NCBI GenBank assembly: GCA_001179505.1
Contig: CDMY01000013.1
Location: forward strand, 1 to 64,000
Source of the DNA: Vitrella brassicaformis CCMP3155
Lineage: Eukaryota; Protista; Chromerida
Length of the DNA: 64,000 nucleotides
Reading direction: 5' to 3'
Each line of letters begins with the position of its first letter. Within the stretch, counting starts at the first letter, position 1. Shown here piece by piece: positions 45,493-59,300 of the stretch. The position numbers and the translations under genes were made by a program. The notes beneath the pieces are model-generated. The model worked only from the letters and a program-made list of their open reading frames with translations. It ran no database searches and had not been told where the DNA came from.

Positions 45493-46914
45493 ACAACAAA
45501 CCAGCTGAGCTGATCTGATGGCGGTCATCCTGGTTGCCATCAGCGGCTGATGTAGATAGAGGGAGGGCACACACCGTGATTGGGCCCTCGTTTTTTCAAC
45601 TTGCGGTTCGTGTGCACACGAGAGAGAGAGAGAGAGAGAGAGCACGGAAAGAGATCGGAGAGAGAGGCTGGGTTGTGGCATGTGACGTGGCAACAAGGGA
45701 ACGAGCACTCGAGCGAGAGAGAGAGCAGCATCGAAGAGTGAGTATGCGTGTGTATGGTATTGCTGTGTGTGCTGTGCTGTAACTATTTGAGCAAGAGAAG
45801 AGAAAAGATCATGTCCAGCGACCGACTTACTTGGTCTACTTGGTCACAATCTGACCAAGTTGGTGAGTCTCGTTCGTACATCCCTTTGTACGTGGCTTTG
45901 CGTCCCTTGGTACGGTGGCCTGGGTAGAGTACAGCGCGCACTTCTCTCAACAGCAGCGATGTGCGTACGGTGTGTCGGTCTGTCTGTCTGTCTGTCCGTC
46001 CGTCTGTACAGTGGGCGTGGCGTGCGTTCTGTGGTGGTGGGTCGTTCTCGCCACCTGTTGTCATCCGTCTGCGCGGTAGGTGTCTGTCTATACCTTTAAA
46101 GAGCAGCATTTGATGCACGAGAAACAAAGTCTTTGGTCGATCGAGATAAGTGAGTGCCGCATGCAGCGACCGGCACGTCAGCCGGTCGGTGGCTCGTTGA
46201 TGGCGAGCGCGCGCGCGTGTGTGTGTGTGTGTGTGGAAGACATGTGTCTCCGATGTGTTCACACCGCAGTGAATGAGTATAAGGCGTATCCCTCTCTCCT
46301 ACAAGCACTTGCACATCCAAATTGCAGGATCAGGATAATCGGTGCCATCACGCATCACCTCATCATCTTACATATTGCAGTTGGTGTCTCTCCAACACGC
46401 CCAAACCGCCGCCATGAACAAGGACACCTGTGCCGCGTCATTCCATGGCTTCTCTCTATGCCCATCTTCGTCTGTGTGTGTGTGTGTGTGCGTGTTTGTG
46501 CGCGTGTCAGTCTGTTGTATGTTGGTCGAGTGAGTGGGGAGACGTCACCGCCACATATATGGGGATGTGGGAGTGGGTATGGTGTGCGTAATTGGGCTCG
46601 AGTTGTGGTTGAGCAACGTCAGCAAGAGACGCATTGCATTGAACTTATACAGACATCCATATCGTCCACAGACGAACAGAGTCCGCCACTCAACCCTCAC
46701 CAATTCTCGTCTTTTCGGCAGGCGCCTTCCCCCAGACACCCACAACCCACTCAGCCGTGAATGCATCCACAGAACATCCATCCATCCATCCATCTATCCG
46801 TCCATGCCTCCTCCCCCCTCCCCCTCCCTCCCCCCCCTGCCCCTGCCCCTACCGAGCGGGGCACCCTAGGCCCTCTCTTCCCCACTATGGCTCACCTGTG
46901 TTGTGTGCTCTCCT

Positions 46915-48638
46915 CTAGTGCGGGATGAGGTGGGCGAGGCCGTTTTTGGTCAACAGTGGGCGGGCCAAGGACATCGCGATGGGATATCGGTCAGCCAGCC
47001 GCTCCTGGCCCTCGATCTTCGCCTCGGTCGTGTACAGGTTGATGTTGCAATCGATCAGGTACAGATGGGCAGCAATGGCGTCACCTTCCTTCATGCCCTT
47101 GAGGATGATGAGTCGCAGCCGCTCATCCTCCCCCTCCTCCTCGCAGATGAAGTCGATGGTTGTGTGCCCGTTGATGGGCTCGGTCAGCAGTCGCTGATAG
47201 CGCTCATCGCCATCGGCCACTGTCGCGTGGATTGCCCGCTTCTCGTCCACCCCCTCTTGGCTATACCAGTCCACCAACACCATCCTCTTCATGAAGGCCG
47301 TGAATGAGGGGAAGAGGGAGTCACCAACGTCCCCGTACCGGATGGGTGGGTTGTGGGGGTCGTATGTGCGGCGGTAGGGGTGCCCGGCAGGGAGGTCAGA
47401 CAGCGACACCGTCTCGAAGTCCCACGCATAATCCCCGCTTCCGATGAGATACCGCCGCCCGCCGTCACCTTCGTCGCCATCGGCATCATCCACCTTTGTG
47501 AGTGCGAGGCTGGTCCCCTGGTAGTTGAGGAGGTGGCCGAATGTGCTGTACTGGCGGAGGGCGAGGGGCATGGTGTGGAAGTCGCCCTTGGTGGGCAGGT
47601 GGGCCGCCATCCACTCGGCCGACATGACCAGCGGTAGGCCAGTTGACGGCGTCAGGTTGTAGATGTCAGCCAGCCGGATGAAGTCGGGCCACTCACACCA
47701 CACCGCCCCGCCATGCTCGAGTGCATAGCAGCATCGGCACAGATAACCGAAGTGCGACTGATGACCACCATCGCCACAACCAGCATCTCCACCTAAGGTC
47801 GGTGCGTCACTGCTGCTGCTGGTGGGAGGGGCAGGGGTGGGTGCCGCAGCATCGGTGGTGTCTGCTGCTGTCCGGTCTACGTCGATGAGGCCCGTCAGCG
47901 AGTGGCGGCTGAGGTGCTTGGCGATGCGGCGCAGCACGAAGGCCTCATCGACGAGTTGGCTGCCATGTGCCCTGCTGATTGGGCGGGCCGAGCCGACGGC
48001 CTCATCGATGCGCAGGCACGGGTAGATGACGTCACGGCAGACATCCGGCGGCAGGCCGTCAGCCGAGTCGTCGGGGGGTTGTTTGGGCGTGGCCAAGCCG
48101 ATGGGCGAATGGTGCCCTTGACGCCATCCCCGACGTCGCGCAGCGCATCGGATGCCGACGAGAGAGCGGCGAAGACGTGCACCCACTTGTTGGCGAGAAA
48201 GGGCGTCTGCACCAAACACACACACACAGACAACCAGGGAGAGAGTGATGGCTGCAGTTCTCTCGTGTGTGTGTGTGTATGCGTGTGTGTGTGGTTGACC
48301 TGTGCCGCGACTGTGGTGTTGAAGAGCTGCTGCACACCGGCAGCCTCTCGTGTGACCTGCAGGCATCGCACACACACACACACATGAAAGAGCGCACCAG
48401 CAGTGATGCCATTGGGCCTCTCATGCGCCACTTGCCTGATCCATGTGTGTGTGCAGCGATGCGATGCGCTCCTCCAGACGCACCAAACCCTCACTGGTGG
48501 ACTGCAGCACACACACAGACAGACAGATCAGTGAAGGACATGCTGCGTTGCTTGTCGGTTGCCCACCGGTGTGCCACCAGCACCAGCAGGGGCGCCGCCC
48601 TGTGTGCGGGGACAATTCGGCTCTCCTTCGCCGCTCAT
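46915..48638 (-). CDS. Lineage-specific expanded-family protein with an F-box-like helical segment
   Basis: Long final exon 48200-46915 (GLPPDVCRDVIYPCLRIDEAV is F-box-like; YALEHGGAVWCEWPDFIRLA); short 5' exons from ATG 48638. Confidence 0.55.
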
Positions 48639-48752
48639 GCTTGACAATCAGAGCTACTCTCACTCAGAGAGCCAATGAATGCAAGGAGCGGGGAGCCAGC
48701 GCGCGATCGCATCAATCCGTAAACGTGGGGACCAAAAGGGAAAGAATTGGAG

Positions 48753-51700
48753 ATGTTTGCCGAGGGGCTTGAGAGTCGCAGCCTGACGCCTCCCCCCGAC
48801 CTGAGGAGCGGCGTTCGTGAGGTCCCCAGCCCCATTCCACGGTCCCTCACTCCGCCAGCCGTTCATCTCGTTCCGGTGGCCTTCGCAGCCGCCCAAGGGT
48901 ACCAAGGTGAGCAGCGCAACGAGGCTCGAGGGCAGATCTGCTCACACACACGGATGGATGGATGGTCTCCATTTTTCTCCTTGTCATCAGGAACGTCGTA
49001 TCTCAAATCGCAGTCGGTGAGCAGACCCGTGCGTGCGAATTGGTCCTCCCCCCAAGTTTTCTTGTCTGTCAGAGCGCTCCATATGCGTCGACGTACGTGG
49101 TTCAGTCGTCCTCCTCCCCCCGCCCGCAGTACACGAGCAGCTCGTACCAGTCCCCCCTGTATGGCGCCGCCCGGGGGGTGGGCTACTCCTCCCCATCGAG
49201 AGCCATGCCACTACACCTGGGGCTGGGGCTGGGGCTGTCGCCGCGCAGCCCCATGCAACAGGTATGGAATGACACACACAGATTCATCGGTTGTGGGGCG
49301 AGTCGAAGAGGGGGCAATCGGTAGTGTGGTTTTGTGTTGTGTTGTGGTGTGTTGTGGTGTGTTGTGGTGCAGGAGGGGTCTTTTTTGACGATCACTAAGA
49401 TATTGGACATCAAGAAGACAGAAAACGTATGGGGGAAACTCGACAACTCCAGGTAAAGAGGAGAGGAGGGGACGGAGGGGATTGGGGAAGACGACATGCC
49501 TTGCATCTGCATGTGGTGTGGTCAGCTATGTGCTCAAGGTCAGTCCCATGACGGAGTCGTGGGAGATGTCAGACATGGTCATGCCCTACATCGTCGGCTC
49601 ATTCCCAGCCACCGACAGCCCCACCACAGCCACCGCCCCTCCCCCGCCTGGCGGCACCCCGTCGCCCCTCGAGTGTGTGCTGTTTGAGGGCAAGGGCAAC
49701 ATGCTGAAGGTACCCATACACTTCGACGAACCGGCATTCGAGCTAGAGCTGTTGCGCGAAGGTCAGAACGGAAAGACAGAGACCATAAGTGGCTGTGGTG
49801 TGTATTGGGGTGGTCTGTTTGTGGTCAGATTTGCTGCATCGCACGGCGATCGGCAGTGCCCGTCTCCTCCGTCGCGATCCGCAGCTGCAGGTGCCGGCGA
49901 CCCACGTGCTGAGCAAGGGCGGCAGCTACGCCGCGTCCATCAGCATGCACATCACCGAGGCCGCCAAGCAGCCCGCCAAGGCCTACGTGCGGCCCCAGCA
50001 GGTGACGAGCGGTGCTGGTGGGCTCGTCAGAGCCATCAGCTACGAACACAGACCCATCGCCCCACAAACGGTGCGGTGCCTCCACGCTCACATGGCACCC
50101 TCCTCGCCTCTTTCCCTCCTCATGTGCTCCGCCTTGTATTTGTGTTGTCTTTGTCATTCACGTCAGGGTGTGGGTCTTTCTGCGATGGGCCGAGCGTCCG
50201 TGCCGGAGGGTGTGCCGCTGAAGGGTGTGGGTTGTCGCGTGTTGGTGGACGGGCTGCTGGACCTGGCGCCGCTGCAGGGCGGGCCAGCCATGTATGCCGT
50301 GCAGCTCATGGGGGAGAGGGACGAGGTCCAGAGTGACGTCCTGGGCTTCACCCCCGCTCAGCAAGGGCCAAAGGGGGAGGCCCTCGTGCGATTCGATCAG
50401 GTAGCCGGGCAGCCACTCAGGTACGTACGTGCCCAAGATCAGCAGACGCGTGGTTTTGCGTGTTGGTTGAGACGCTTGTGCGTGTTTCTGTGTGGTAAGG
50501 TTGATGTACCACGGGCCCAATATCAAGGTGAAGGCGTACCGCGAGGCGATGAAGGCCCGCACGACGCTCGGTGTGGCGCTCATCCCCCGCGGGCAGCCCA
50601 AGAGCCCCCAGCTGACGCCATACCACCTCACAGACGAGCAGGGGAAACATGTTGGGACCATCGCACTCAAGGTGGGTAACTGAGACGAGGCCTGATGATA
50701 GAGGGCTCTGGAAGAGACTTCTGTTTTCTCCTCCCCCCTCTCCGTTCTTGTCAGATCATAGAGGATACCGATTCGCCATATGCGCCCGGGCAGATGGGCG
50801 GCGTGCGTGCGGTGACCATCCATCTGGAGCGGCTACTCGCCATACCTATGCATCAGGGCATCCTGGGTGGGTGGGCATCAAGGCAGAACCAACAAGAAGG
50901 ACAAGGAGGGAGGGAGGGAGGGAGGGATGGAGGGATGGAGGGAGGGAATGGTGCCGTGTATGTTTGCCAGGTGGTCAGTCGCTGAGCGACTACGTGGTGC
51001 AGGTCTCGTCCGCGAGCGGCCAACAGATCACGCGCAAACTCGGACCGACCAAGGGCAAAACCAAGGTATGGCTGTCCAGAAGCTTGGAACGGGTCGTCAC
51101 ATCCTTCCGCAGCATGCACGTGTCTATGCATGTGTGTGTGTGTGCAGGATGGCCGCACGGAGGACGTCATGTTCAACCTGAGTGATCTTCGCGCCACACC
51201 AATGCGGCTCGACACACCGGAGTAACCGACAAAGAAAACCGTCACACGACAGGACAGCATCTTTCATGCCTTCCTGCATGTCTCATCTCTGGTTTTGTGT
51301 TCTTTTCAGTCAGCAGTTGGTGGTGCGTGTGTACCGTTTGGACAGCTCGAGGATGGAGCACCTGCTCGCCGAGGTGGCCCTCGACCGCACAGACCAGCGC
51401 CTGGGCGAGCTGGGCACCTACAAGCTCATGCCACCGAAGAGCACCACACAGCAGCCACCCACAGCGCCGCAGGAGCTCGGGGGCATCTCCCTCTTCATCC
51501 GAGAGGAGACACAGTCGCCATGGTATTGGGGGGCGGGTTCTGAGGAAGGGAAGGCCGATTCACTCAGGCTGCACTGCACTGCACTGCTGTCTGTGCGTGC
51601 ATGCCATGCATGGCAGGTATGGCCGTCAGACGGCTTCGCGTGACGCCGGCGCCATGCTCATTCCGTACCGCGACCGCCGGCCAATCCAAGACCAACCGGT

Positions 51701-54254
51701 AGGTGTCCTATTCACCCACCCCCCACCCGTCCATGTCATGTCATGTGTGTGTCCCTCTCTCTTTCCCTCTGTGCGCGTCGCGTGTGGGTGTGGTGTGGTG
51801 TTGCCGGCGTCAGCTACGTGACGACGGCATGTTGGGTTTGAGTTCGGTGGTGTCGTCGTTCCTGCAGGGCCTGGAGGCCACGGCCTCGTTCGGCCTGGGC
51901 ATCGGCCGCTCCCAGCACAACCTTCACCCGCACTCGGGCGTCGCCACAGCCATCTTCATCCACTCCATACACGACCTGCCATACCATTCCGGCGGTCAGC
52001 AACACACACCGGACCACACGACCCACCGACAGACACAACACAATGGATGGATGGATGGATAGATCCCGTCTGTCCGTTTGCAGGGCTGATGCGTTCAAGC
52101 GTAGACATAGAGGTGGGCAACGAGGAGGTGCTGCTGGACCTCTACCAGCCAGTGCAGGACGCCGGGCTGTCCGGCCCGCCACCCGGGGTCGCACGGAGGA
52201 CCGACGCAGAGGCCATGGACGCGGTTCAGAAGGAGTTCCTATTCCAGAGAGACGACTTCACAGTGCAAGAAACGGGCAACGTGAGTTGGCAACACACACA
52301 CATACACACACAGGGGGCATCTCTCTCTTGGTGTGTATGGCCATGTGTGTCTGGATGGCTGCAGGGTTTGTGCAGCTGCGACGTGCGCCAGCGGTGTGTG
52401 ATTGCGGGCCCGCTGAGGTGTGTGTGCTATTGTTGTATGTGTAACCAACATGCCCTGACTGACTGACTGCATCCCGCATCAATCTGCGTGTCTGTGCATG
52501 GGTGTTCTGTAGGTATCAGACCAAGATGGGTTTCCGTGTGCGCGTCTACAAGCCGGCCGGCCTCATGGGGCTGGCCAGCGGGTAACACACCACATCATAC
52601 CCATACGCACGCACACGGCATGGCATCATGTGTACTTGTCTCTTGTGATGAATGCATTCGTCAGTGGTGAGTTGATAGGCGAGACCAACCTGATCGAGGC
52701 CACGGTGGAGACGTCCACCCACACAACGCGGCAGGAGGCCCTCACCAGCCCCCGCGGCAAACACGCGGGCTTCGTACGAATCTCATACTTCTTGTCAACC
52801 GTCCAAGTGACCAGCGACACACACAACACAACAGCACCGCGACCCACACCACACACATCTGTATGTGTGGCTGCAGGTTGGCCGCACGTATGACTGGTCC
52901 ACCGTAGCGGATGAGGTGCAAGGTAGGTAGGTAGGATGCCCTCGAGCCATTCCTTCCTGACCGACACGCACCGTACCGTACCGTGTGCCCATCCATTCAG
53001 CGGGTGAGCGTCGTTTGGTTCTGCCGCGAGGCGACCTGGTGCAGCTGCCGCAGCCGACACCACAGATGGACACACACCCGCAGCAAAAACAGCGGTACCC
53101 AGGCAGGCAGGCAGACCCTCCCAGCAAATCACTCACTGCGTCCGTTCCGTGCGCGTCTGTCTGGTCTGCAGTGACAGCCAGGCGTACCAGCTGGAGTGGC
53201 AGCTGCTCAGCCTCAAGCGAGAACTCGACAGCACCAAGAAAGGTAAGGAAGGTGCTCATACCCATGGTATAGCATGGGATGCATCTTAAGTTGCATTCAT
53301 TGTGTGTATCTATCGACTCAACTGATGGGCTGGTTGGTTGCAGCTGCGGGTGCAGCTGCGGTGCCGGGCGTGCAGCCCACCCGGGGGGCCATGCCACACG
53401 ACAACCGGTGAGTGAGAGAAACAGGGAGATGGAGACAGACCACCACCGGCATAAATCACGGTGGTGGGGCTTATCTTATGCACCGCTGTCTCGATGTGTG
53501 TGTGTGTGTGTGTGTGTGTTGGTAAGCAGTGCGTTTGAGGGTGTCTCAGCGGGGGCGTTGCGGTTCGGCGACATCGGGTCGGACCCCATCACACACAGCG
53601 CACCATACACCAAGATATACCAGATGCAGCAGCAATACCAATCCTCCGTCAAAGAGGTTACTTACTGACGGGGGGACAGCACAACCCAACCCACCCCTAC
53701 CCTCTTCATGTGTGTGTGTGTGTGTGTGTGTGCTGATGGTTACAGCATCCGTTGAGTCAGCGCGAGTCTGTGGCCACGGCGCCCGACGGCACGCCGCTGT
53801 ACCCCGTCACGATGCACCGCAGCCTCAGATTCCTAGACGTCAATCCCAGATACCGAATCGAAGGCAGGCAACTTACTTATAAGAGACAGACACCCATACA
53901 TAAGACACACGTCTGTCTCATGGTGGGTGGACGTGATTCGTGTGCAATTGCAGATGATGTTGGTCAGTATTTCCACCGCCAGGCCTTCACACAGAGCGGC
54001 AAACTGGGCAGCCGAGTCACACAAGGTCGGTCGGTCGGCGGCATTCACACACGAGACAATGGAATGCATGGATGGATGGATGGATGCCATTTGGCCCCCT
54101 ATCTATTACCTCTTTCTGTGGGCGTCGCGTCTGTCTCTCCATTAATGCTTTCTGTGCAGGCACGTTGCGTGAGTCGTTGCCGCATCCGCTCAAGACCATC
54201 CAGGCGGACCGTGATGGCAAGAGGGTAGACGACACACGGTGCCCCATCTCATGA
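48753..54254 (+). CDS. Large multi-exon protein with a Ser/Pro-rich N-terminus and several beta-rich, possibly C2-like modules
   Basis: About 20 spliceable exons. Segments such as IKVKAYREA...LGVALIP...PYHLTDEQGKHVGTIALKV and FRVRVYK...IGETNLI...GFVRISY resemble the ends of C2 domains. Function not assignable. Confidence 0.5.
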
Positions 54255-54599
54255 CATCACATCACACCACACTACATCTCATGCATGGTGAATTAATGAG
54301 TTGCCTACAATCGCAGTGCATGCGTGTGTGTGTGTGTGTGCGTATGTGCATGAGTGCATTCACGTATGTCATGGGTGTGTCGGTCGGTTGATGTGATGGA
54401 CGCGCCGTGCCGTGCCGTGTCGGTAGAATGAGATGAGCACTCTGTACGGTCGGTGAGTGCGTTGAATGAATGCCCTGACTGGTGTGAAGGAGATATCAGT
54501 GTGTCAGTCAGTCAAACAGCCCCCCACTGTACACTGCACAACGCACACTCATCCCTCCATCCATCCACGTGTGTGTGTATGTGGGTTGGTTGGCACAGG

Positions 54600-55974
54600 C
54601 TACGTCCGCCCCGTCCTCTGCCTCACTCCTGCCGCACCCCCACCCGAATCGGTCGTCACTGCCGAGCTCTCACTGCTCTTCTCACCCACACGCACCTCTC
54701 CATCCTCTTTCTTGCCCTCCGCTGCCCTCTCCTTCCCCCTCTCGGCCACCTTGATCTGTCCGTACCAGAAACTCCCCGCCAGGGTGAGCATGATGCCCAT
54801 GGTCGACTTGGCCGTCACCTTGTCGCCCAGCACCACAATGCCGCCGAGGGACTGCAGACAGGCCTTGCCGTACCCCACTACGTTGAAGGTCAGTGGTGAA
54901 GTCACCCGCACGCACCAGAAGGACGTCACGTTGAAGAAGGAGCTGAGCAGCCCCGACAGCAGCAGCCACCCCCACACGTGATAGTCGGCCGCCAGCAGCT
55001 CTCGCCACACGTGAGCCTCACCAGCCGCGTAGATCGCCGGCAGGAAGAGCACGGAGGCCAGCAGAAAGTTGTAGCCGCTGACAACATTCTGGTCGTTGTT
55101 GCAGGCAATGATGGCCCTCTTGATGAACACCATGTAGATGGCCTGGAACACCGAGCTACATGCCCCAGTTATCACGCCGAGTAGCTGCAAGGTTGATGGG
55201 TCAAAGGAGCCAACCAAAAACCCACTCACCACCAGCACACACGCCAGCCGCACCTTGACCGAGCTGACGTGGCCCAGCACCAGATACGACAGCACCAGGT
55301 TGAAAAGCAGTGTCAGCGAGCGGGCCACTTGGTAGGTGGACACTTGGACGAAGAGCAGGCACGTGTTGGAGAAGGATATCATGCCCACGAAGGACAGGGT
55401 CAGGGGGAGGATCGCCTTTGCCGTCCTCCAGGAGGGCCTGAAGCGGGGCACGATGGGTGGCATCGATGGAGGAAACACTGCTCCAAGCTCCCCCAAGCCA
55501 ACGTAGAGCAACAGCCCGACCACCTGACAGCATTCGCAACGCAAGGAGAGGTGGAACGTTTCGTGCCGTGGACCAACGCGTGTGTGGCCCCCGGCGCATC
55601 GTTGCACATCAATCATATCATTCATCAGGAGAGGTGGGACTGTCGGCATACAATGACTGGCTCCCCTCACCTGCTGGAACCATGATACGAAGACTGGGTA
55701 TTTGAACGTGTCAGTGAAGATCCGCCTGCATGCGCCATACCATTCACACCCCCGCACACACAGAGAAGAGAAAGCAGTGAGTGAATCATCGTCAGTCAGA
55801 GCACGAGTGCGCTTCTCCCATATATCCGTGAAATCATCCATCGTTGCTAGCATCACACCTGTTGACGAAGACGATGCTGAGGGATACGAGAGAGTACGAG
55901 ACAATGGAGGCGCCCACCTCCACTGCATGATGGTGCTCCCCTCGAAAATGCTGCCTTTCCTTTGACGAATGCAT
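54600..55974 (-). CDS. Nucleotide-sugar transporter, GDP-fucose transporter (SLC35C1)-like
   Basis: Spliced MHSSKE...ASIVSYSLVSLSIVFVNR|RIFTDTFKYPVFVSWFQQ|VVG, LPLTLSFVGMISFSNTCL..VQVSTYQVARSLTLLFN, TSPLTFNVVGYGKACLQ. Confidence 0.88.
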
Positions 55975-56310
55975 CCACCAGCACCGAAGGCATCCCAAGC
56001 ACCTCACTCCTCACAGCGTGTTGAAGGGCAGGCTTCAGAAAGCTCGCAAGTGCGATCGGTGCCAAGAGGCTTCCTGGATAGCTATAGAGGACGTGCAGGA
56101 ACGTGTCTGAACCCTGTCAAGCAGGGGAACTCATCGGTGTGTGTGTTCCCCTTTTTACCGCTGAGATCTCGACGTACCTTCTCACCGCCGTGATTCAGGA
56201 GCACTGCTGAGGGCAGATAGGCGGCGTCAGCAACAAATCATGGACCCTCTGTGGCTGTGCGTTCTCAACTAACACTGGCGAGCGAGATTCACCCATCCAC
56301 CGCCTGATCA

Positions 56311-59300
56311 ATGTCATCGTCTGGCGATGCCAACCCACCTGACTCATCGGAGGCCCCTCCCTCTGATCCCACTGAGCAGCCCTCATCCTCCGCAGCTGCC
56401 GCAGCGGCCAAGCACACCCATAGCTATCGCGGCTCGCGGGAGCTCAAGCGACTCCTGGACGATGTGAAGCCGATCATCAGGAAACCAAGAGCAACAGAGC
56501 GAGGACCAGCTTCTCGGCGTCGACAGGACGCATCTGGTGGAGGCGAGCCGGCCAAGAGAGCTGCTAAGTCATCAGCAGGAGATGGCCTTGCAGCAGCTGC
56601 AGCAACAGCAACAGAGGCCAAGGGCGAATCGCAAGTCGCGGCGAAACTCGCGGCAGCGGCAGCGGCAGCAGCAGCAGCAGCTACTGCGGGGGATGAGGTC
56701 CCTCCCACCCCTCCATCTCGGCAGCGGAAGAGGACGGACGACAGCAAAAGCAGAGGCGGCAGCAAAGACGAGGGCGCGGGCGACCCGTCGAGCGCCGCCG
56801 CCGCAGCTGCCGCGGCCAAACCTGCAGACCGCGGCACAGGCGAGCCGGCAGCGGCAGCGGCAGCAGCAGCAGCTACTGCGGGGGATGGCGGAGCTCAGCA
56901 AGGTCAGTCGGGGTCAGGCGAGTCGGCAGAGGCGAGGGGTGAGGCGGAGGGCACTCAGACCGATGCAGTGGAGAAGAAGGGTGACGGAGCACCAGACAGT
57001 GGCGGCGATTGTCGCTCAGGTGCCGGCGAGGGTGGTGCCAAGAAGGCGGTCGGTCACACCCTTCGGGAGCTTCAGGCGCTGATGCGTGACGCATCCCGTC
57101 GCAAGACTGACCGGCTGCTGTCTTACGAGGACTTCCAGGGTCCCTACCCCATTCGCGGACGGAGGGGAAAGAAGGCAGCCGACGACGAAGCCGAGCCGCC
57201 CACCGGGCCCGCAGAGCACAAGACAGACATGGAGGGCGCGGTAGAGGACAGCCGCAAAGACGACGGCGTGGGCGAGCCATCGAGCGCCGCTGCTGCAGCC
57301 GCAGCTGCCGCGGCCAAACCTGCCGGCCGCAAGTCATCCAAAAAGGGCTCCAGGGGCGCCTCTCAGCCGCCAGCTGCGCCCCGCCGGAACCGTCTGTTGC
57401 AGGAGCTGGAGATCGACATGAGGGGCGTCGAGCTCGAGCCCAACGCTGCAGCCGTGTCGAGTGGGGCCGATCAGCAGGAGGCGGGCAATGGCGGCGAGGC
57501 ATCCCCCGAGGGAGGCATCATTCGTCGCAGTGAGCGGCACAAGGGCGAGCAGCCGCCTGTCTACTTGGAGAGGAGGAAAGCCAAGAAACCAAAGGAGGAG
57601 CCCAAAGAAGAGCCTGCCGCCGATGGTGACGGCGGTGACGTGCAGCCCCAGCACGGCGATCAGGGTGGGGTCGGCGAGGGCGATCGCACGGGTGATGTAG
57701 TGGCCAAGACGGAGGACGTCAAGATGGAGGATGCGCAGGAGCACGAGTCCGACTCGCCCCTCAAGATCGACAAGATGAAGAGGGAGAGGGCCGCTAGTGA
57801 GGAGGGTGAGCCCCGCCCCGGGCGGCAAAACAAGAGGAAGGCGCCTAGCCAAGGGCCGGTGTCGGACGACATTGCGGCTGGCGGCCGCACCCCGAGAGGG
57901 GCTCGTGAGCCCGGGGAGCCGGACTCCGCCAAGCCCCTCGCGCGACCGAGGTCAAGGGCGGCCAAAGTGCCACTGTAAGCAGGGCAGCAGGAAGCACAGG
58001 CGACGGAACGCAGTGGGATGGTGTGTGTGTGTGTGTGTTCAGAGCATCTGATGATGAGTTGGCTGAGCTGATGGCGTTTGTCGAGTCGACTGACATGAGG
58101 GGCTTCGCTGCATGGGTGCAGATGAACCCTGACGAGGTGGGCAAGGCAAGGCAGATACACAACCGCAGACAACTTGCTTCAATGGGCGAGTAACTTGACT
58201 TGGCGTCAATCCATCCCTGTGTCGTGTCGTGTCGGCCTCTGCACGTGTCGTGTTTGTAGGATTTGAGTTTGGTCATCATTCACAAGAAGTTGCCCAACGG
58301 CCTCTTCCGTGTCTTCTTCGAGGCATCAGAGGTACACCAACACATAGGCACCCACACCCTGCACTTACTCACACCCACATGCTGCACTGCACTCATCCTG
58401 TCCCTGTGGCATCTTTATCTGGTGCAGCGCGACATGTTCGTTGGCCTCAATGACATCGACTTCACTGGCGACCACGTCTCGGTAAGCGAAGGAATGCGCC
58501 GAGCAACCACCATTCTACGCTATGATGGCTGATCTCTCCCCCTTTCTGCACGAGCTGCTTGTCATGCAGGCGACAGTGTACGGCCCAGCGGTGTGGATGA
58601 AGTGGAACAAGGCCCCGTGGCCCGCGCGGCTGCTGCGGCTCTTCGGCCGGGCCCGGCAGGAGGCGGCAGAGAGCCTGGGGGTGGCGGGCAAGAAGGTGGA
58701 TGAGGCTCTGTGGGTGGAGTTTTTCGACCCCAAATGCTCCAAGACCTTCTGCATGAAGGCCGACGTGCGCACACACATCGCCACACTCGACAAACACCCA
58801 CACCTGGGCAAAGACTCTACCACCGACAGTATTTAAGTGCACTCACTGCCCAGGCGGGGACAGCCACACACCCCGTCAGTCAGTCACACCCTTCCTCTTT
58901 GTGCAGGGCACCGCAGCGGCATGTCCAAGGCATCTCGTTACGCCGAGGGAGCGGCGCCGCCCCGTCCGCCCCACCGGTCCCTCGAGCTGCTCCAGACGTG
59001 GATCGAGAAATGCAAGACGGACTTCAACATCGATGTGGAGACCATCGACGAGATACCGAGGTCAGTTTTCCACCGAGGTGGATCGAGATGTGCAGGTCAG
59101 ATGTGTGTCATTTGTGTCCACCGCAGTGACTTGCGTGTTGCGGGGAGTCGCCGAGCCACTGGGGCCGGTGCTGCAAAGCGTGTTGGGGGCGCCAAGGGAC
59201 GAAAGAAGGCCACACCCAAGCGGGCCAAGACGGAGGTGAGCGATCAACGACACGTGGCGAGACTTGTGAGTCTTCATTCCCAGTCCGTGTGCATGTTTGA

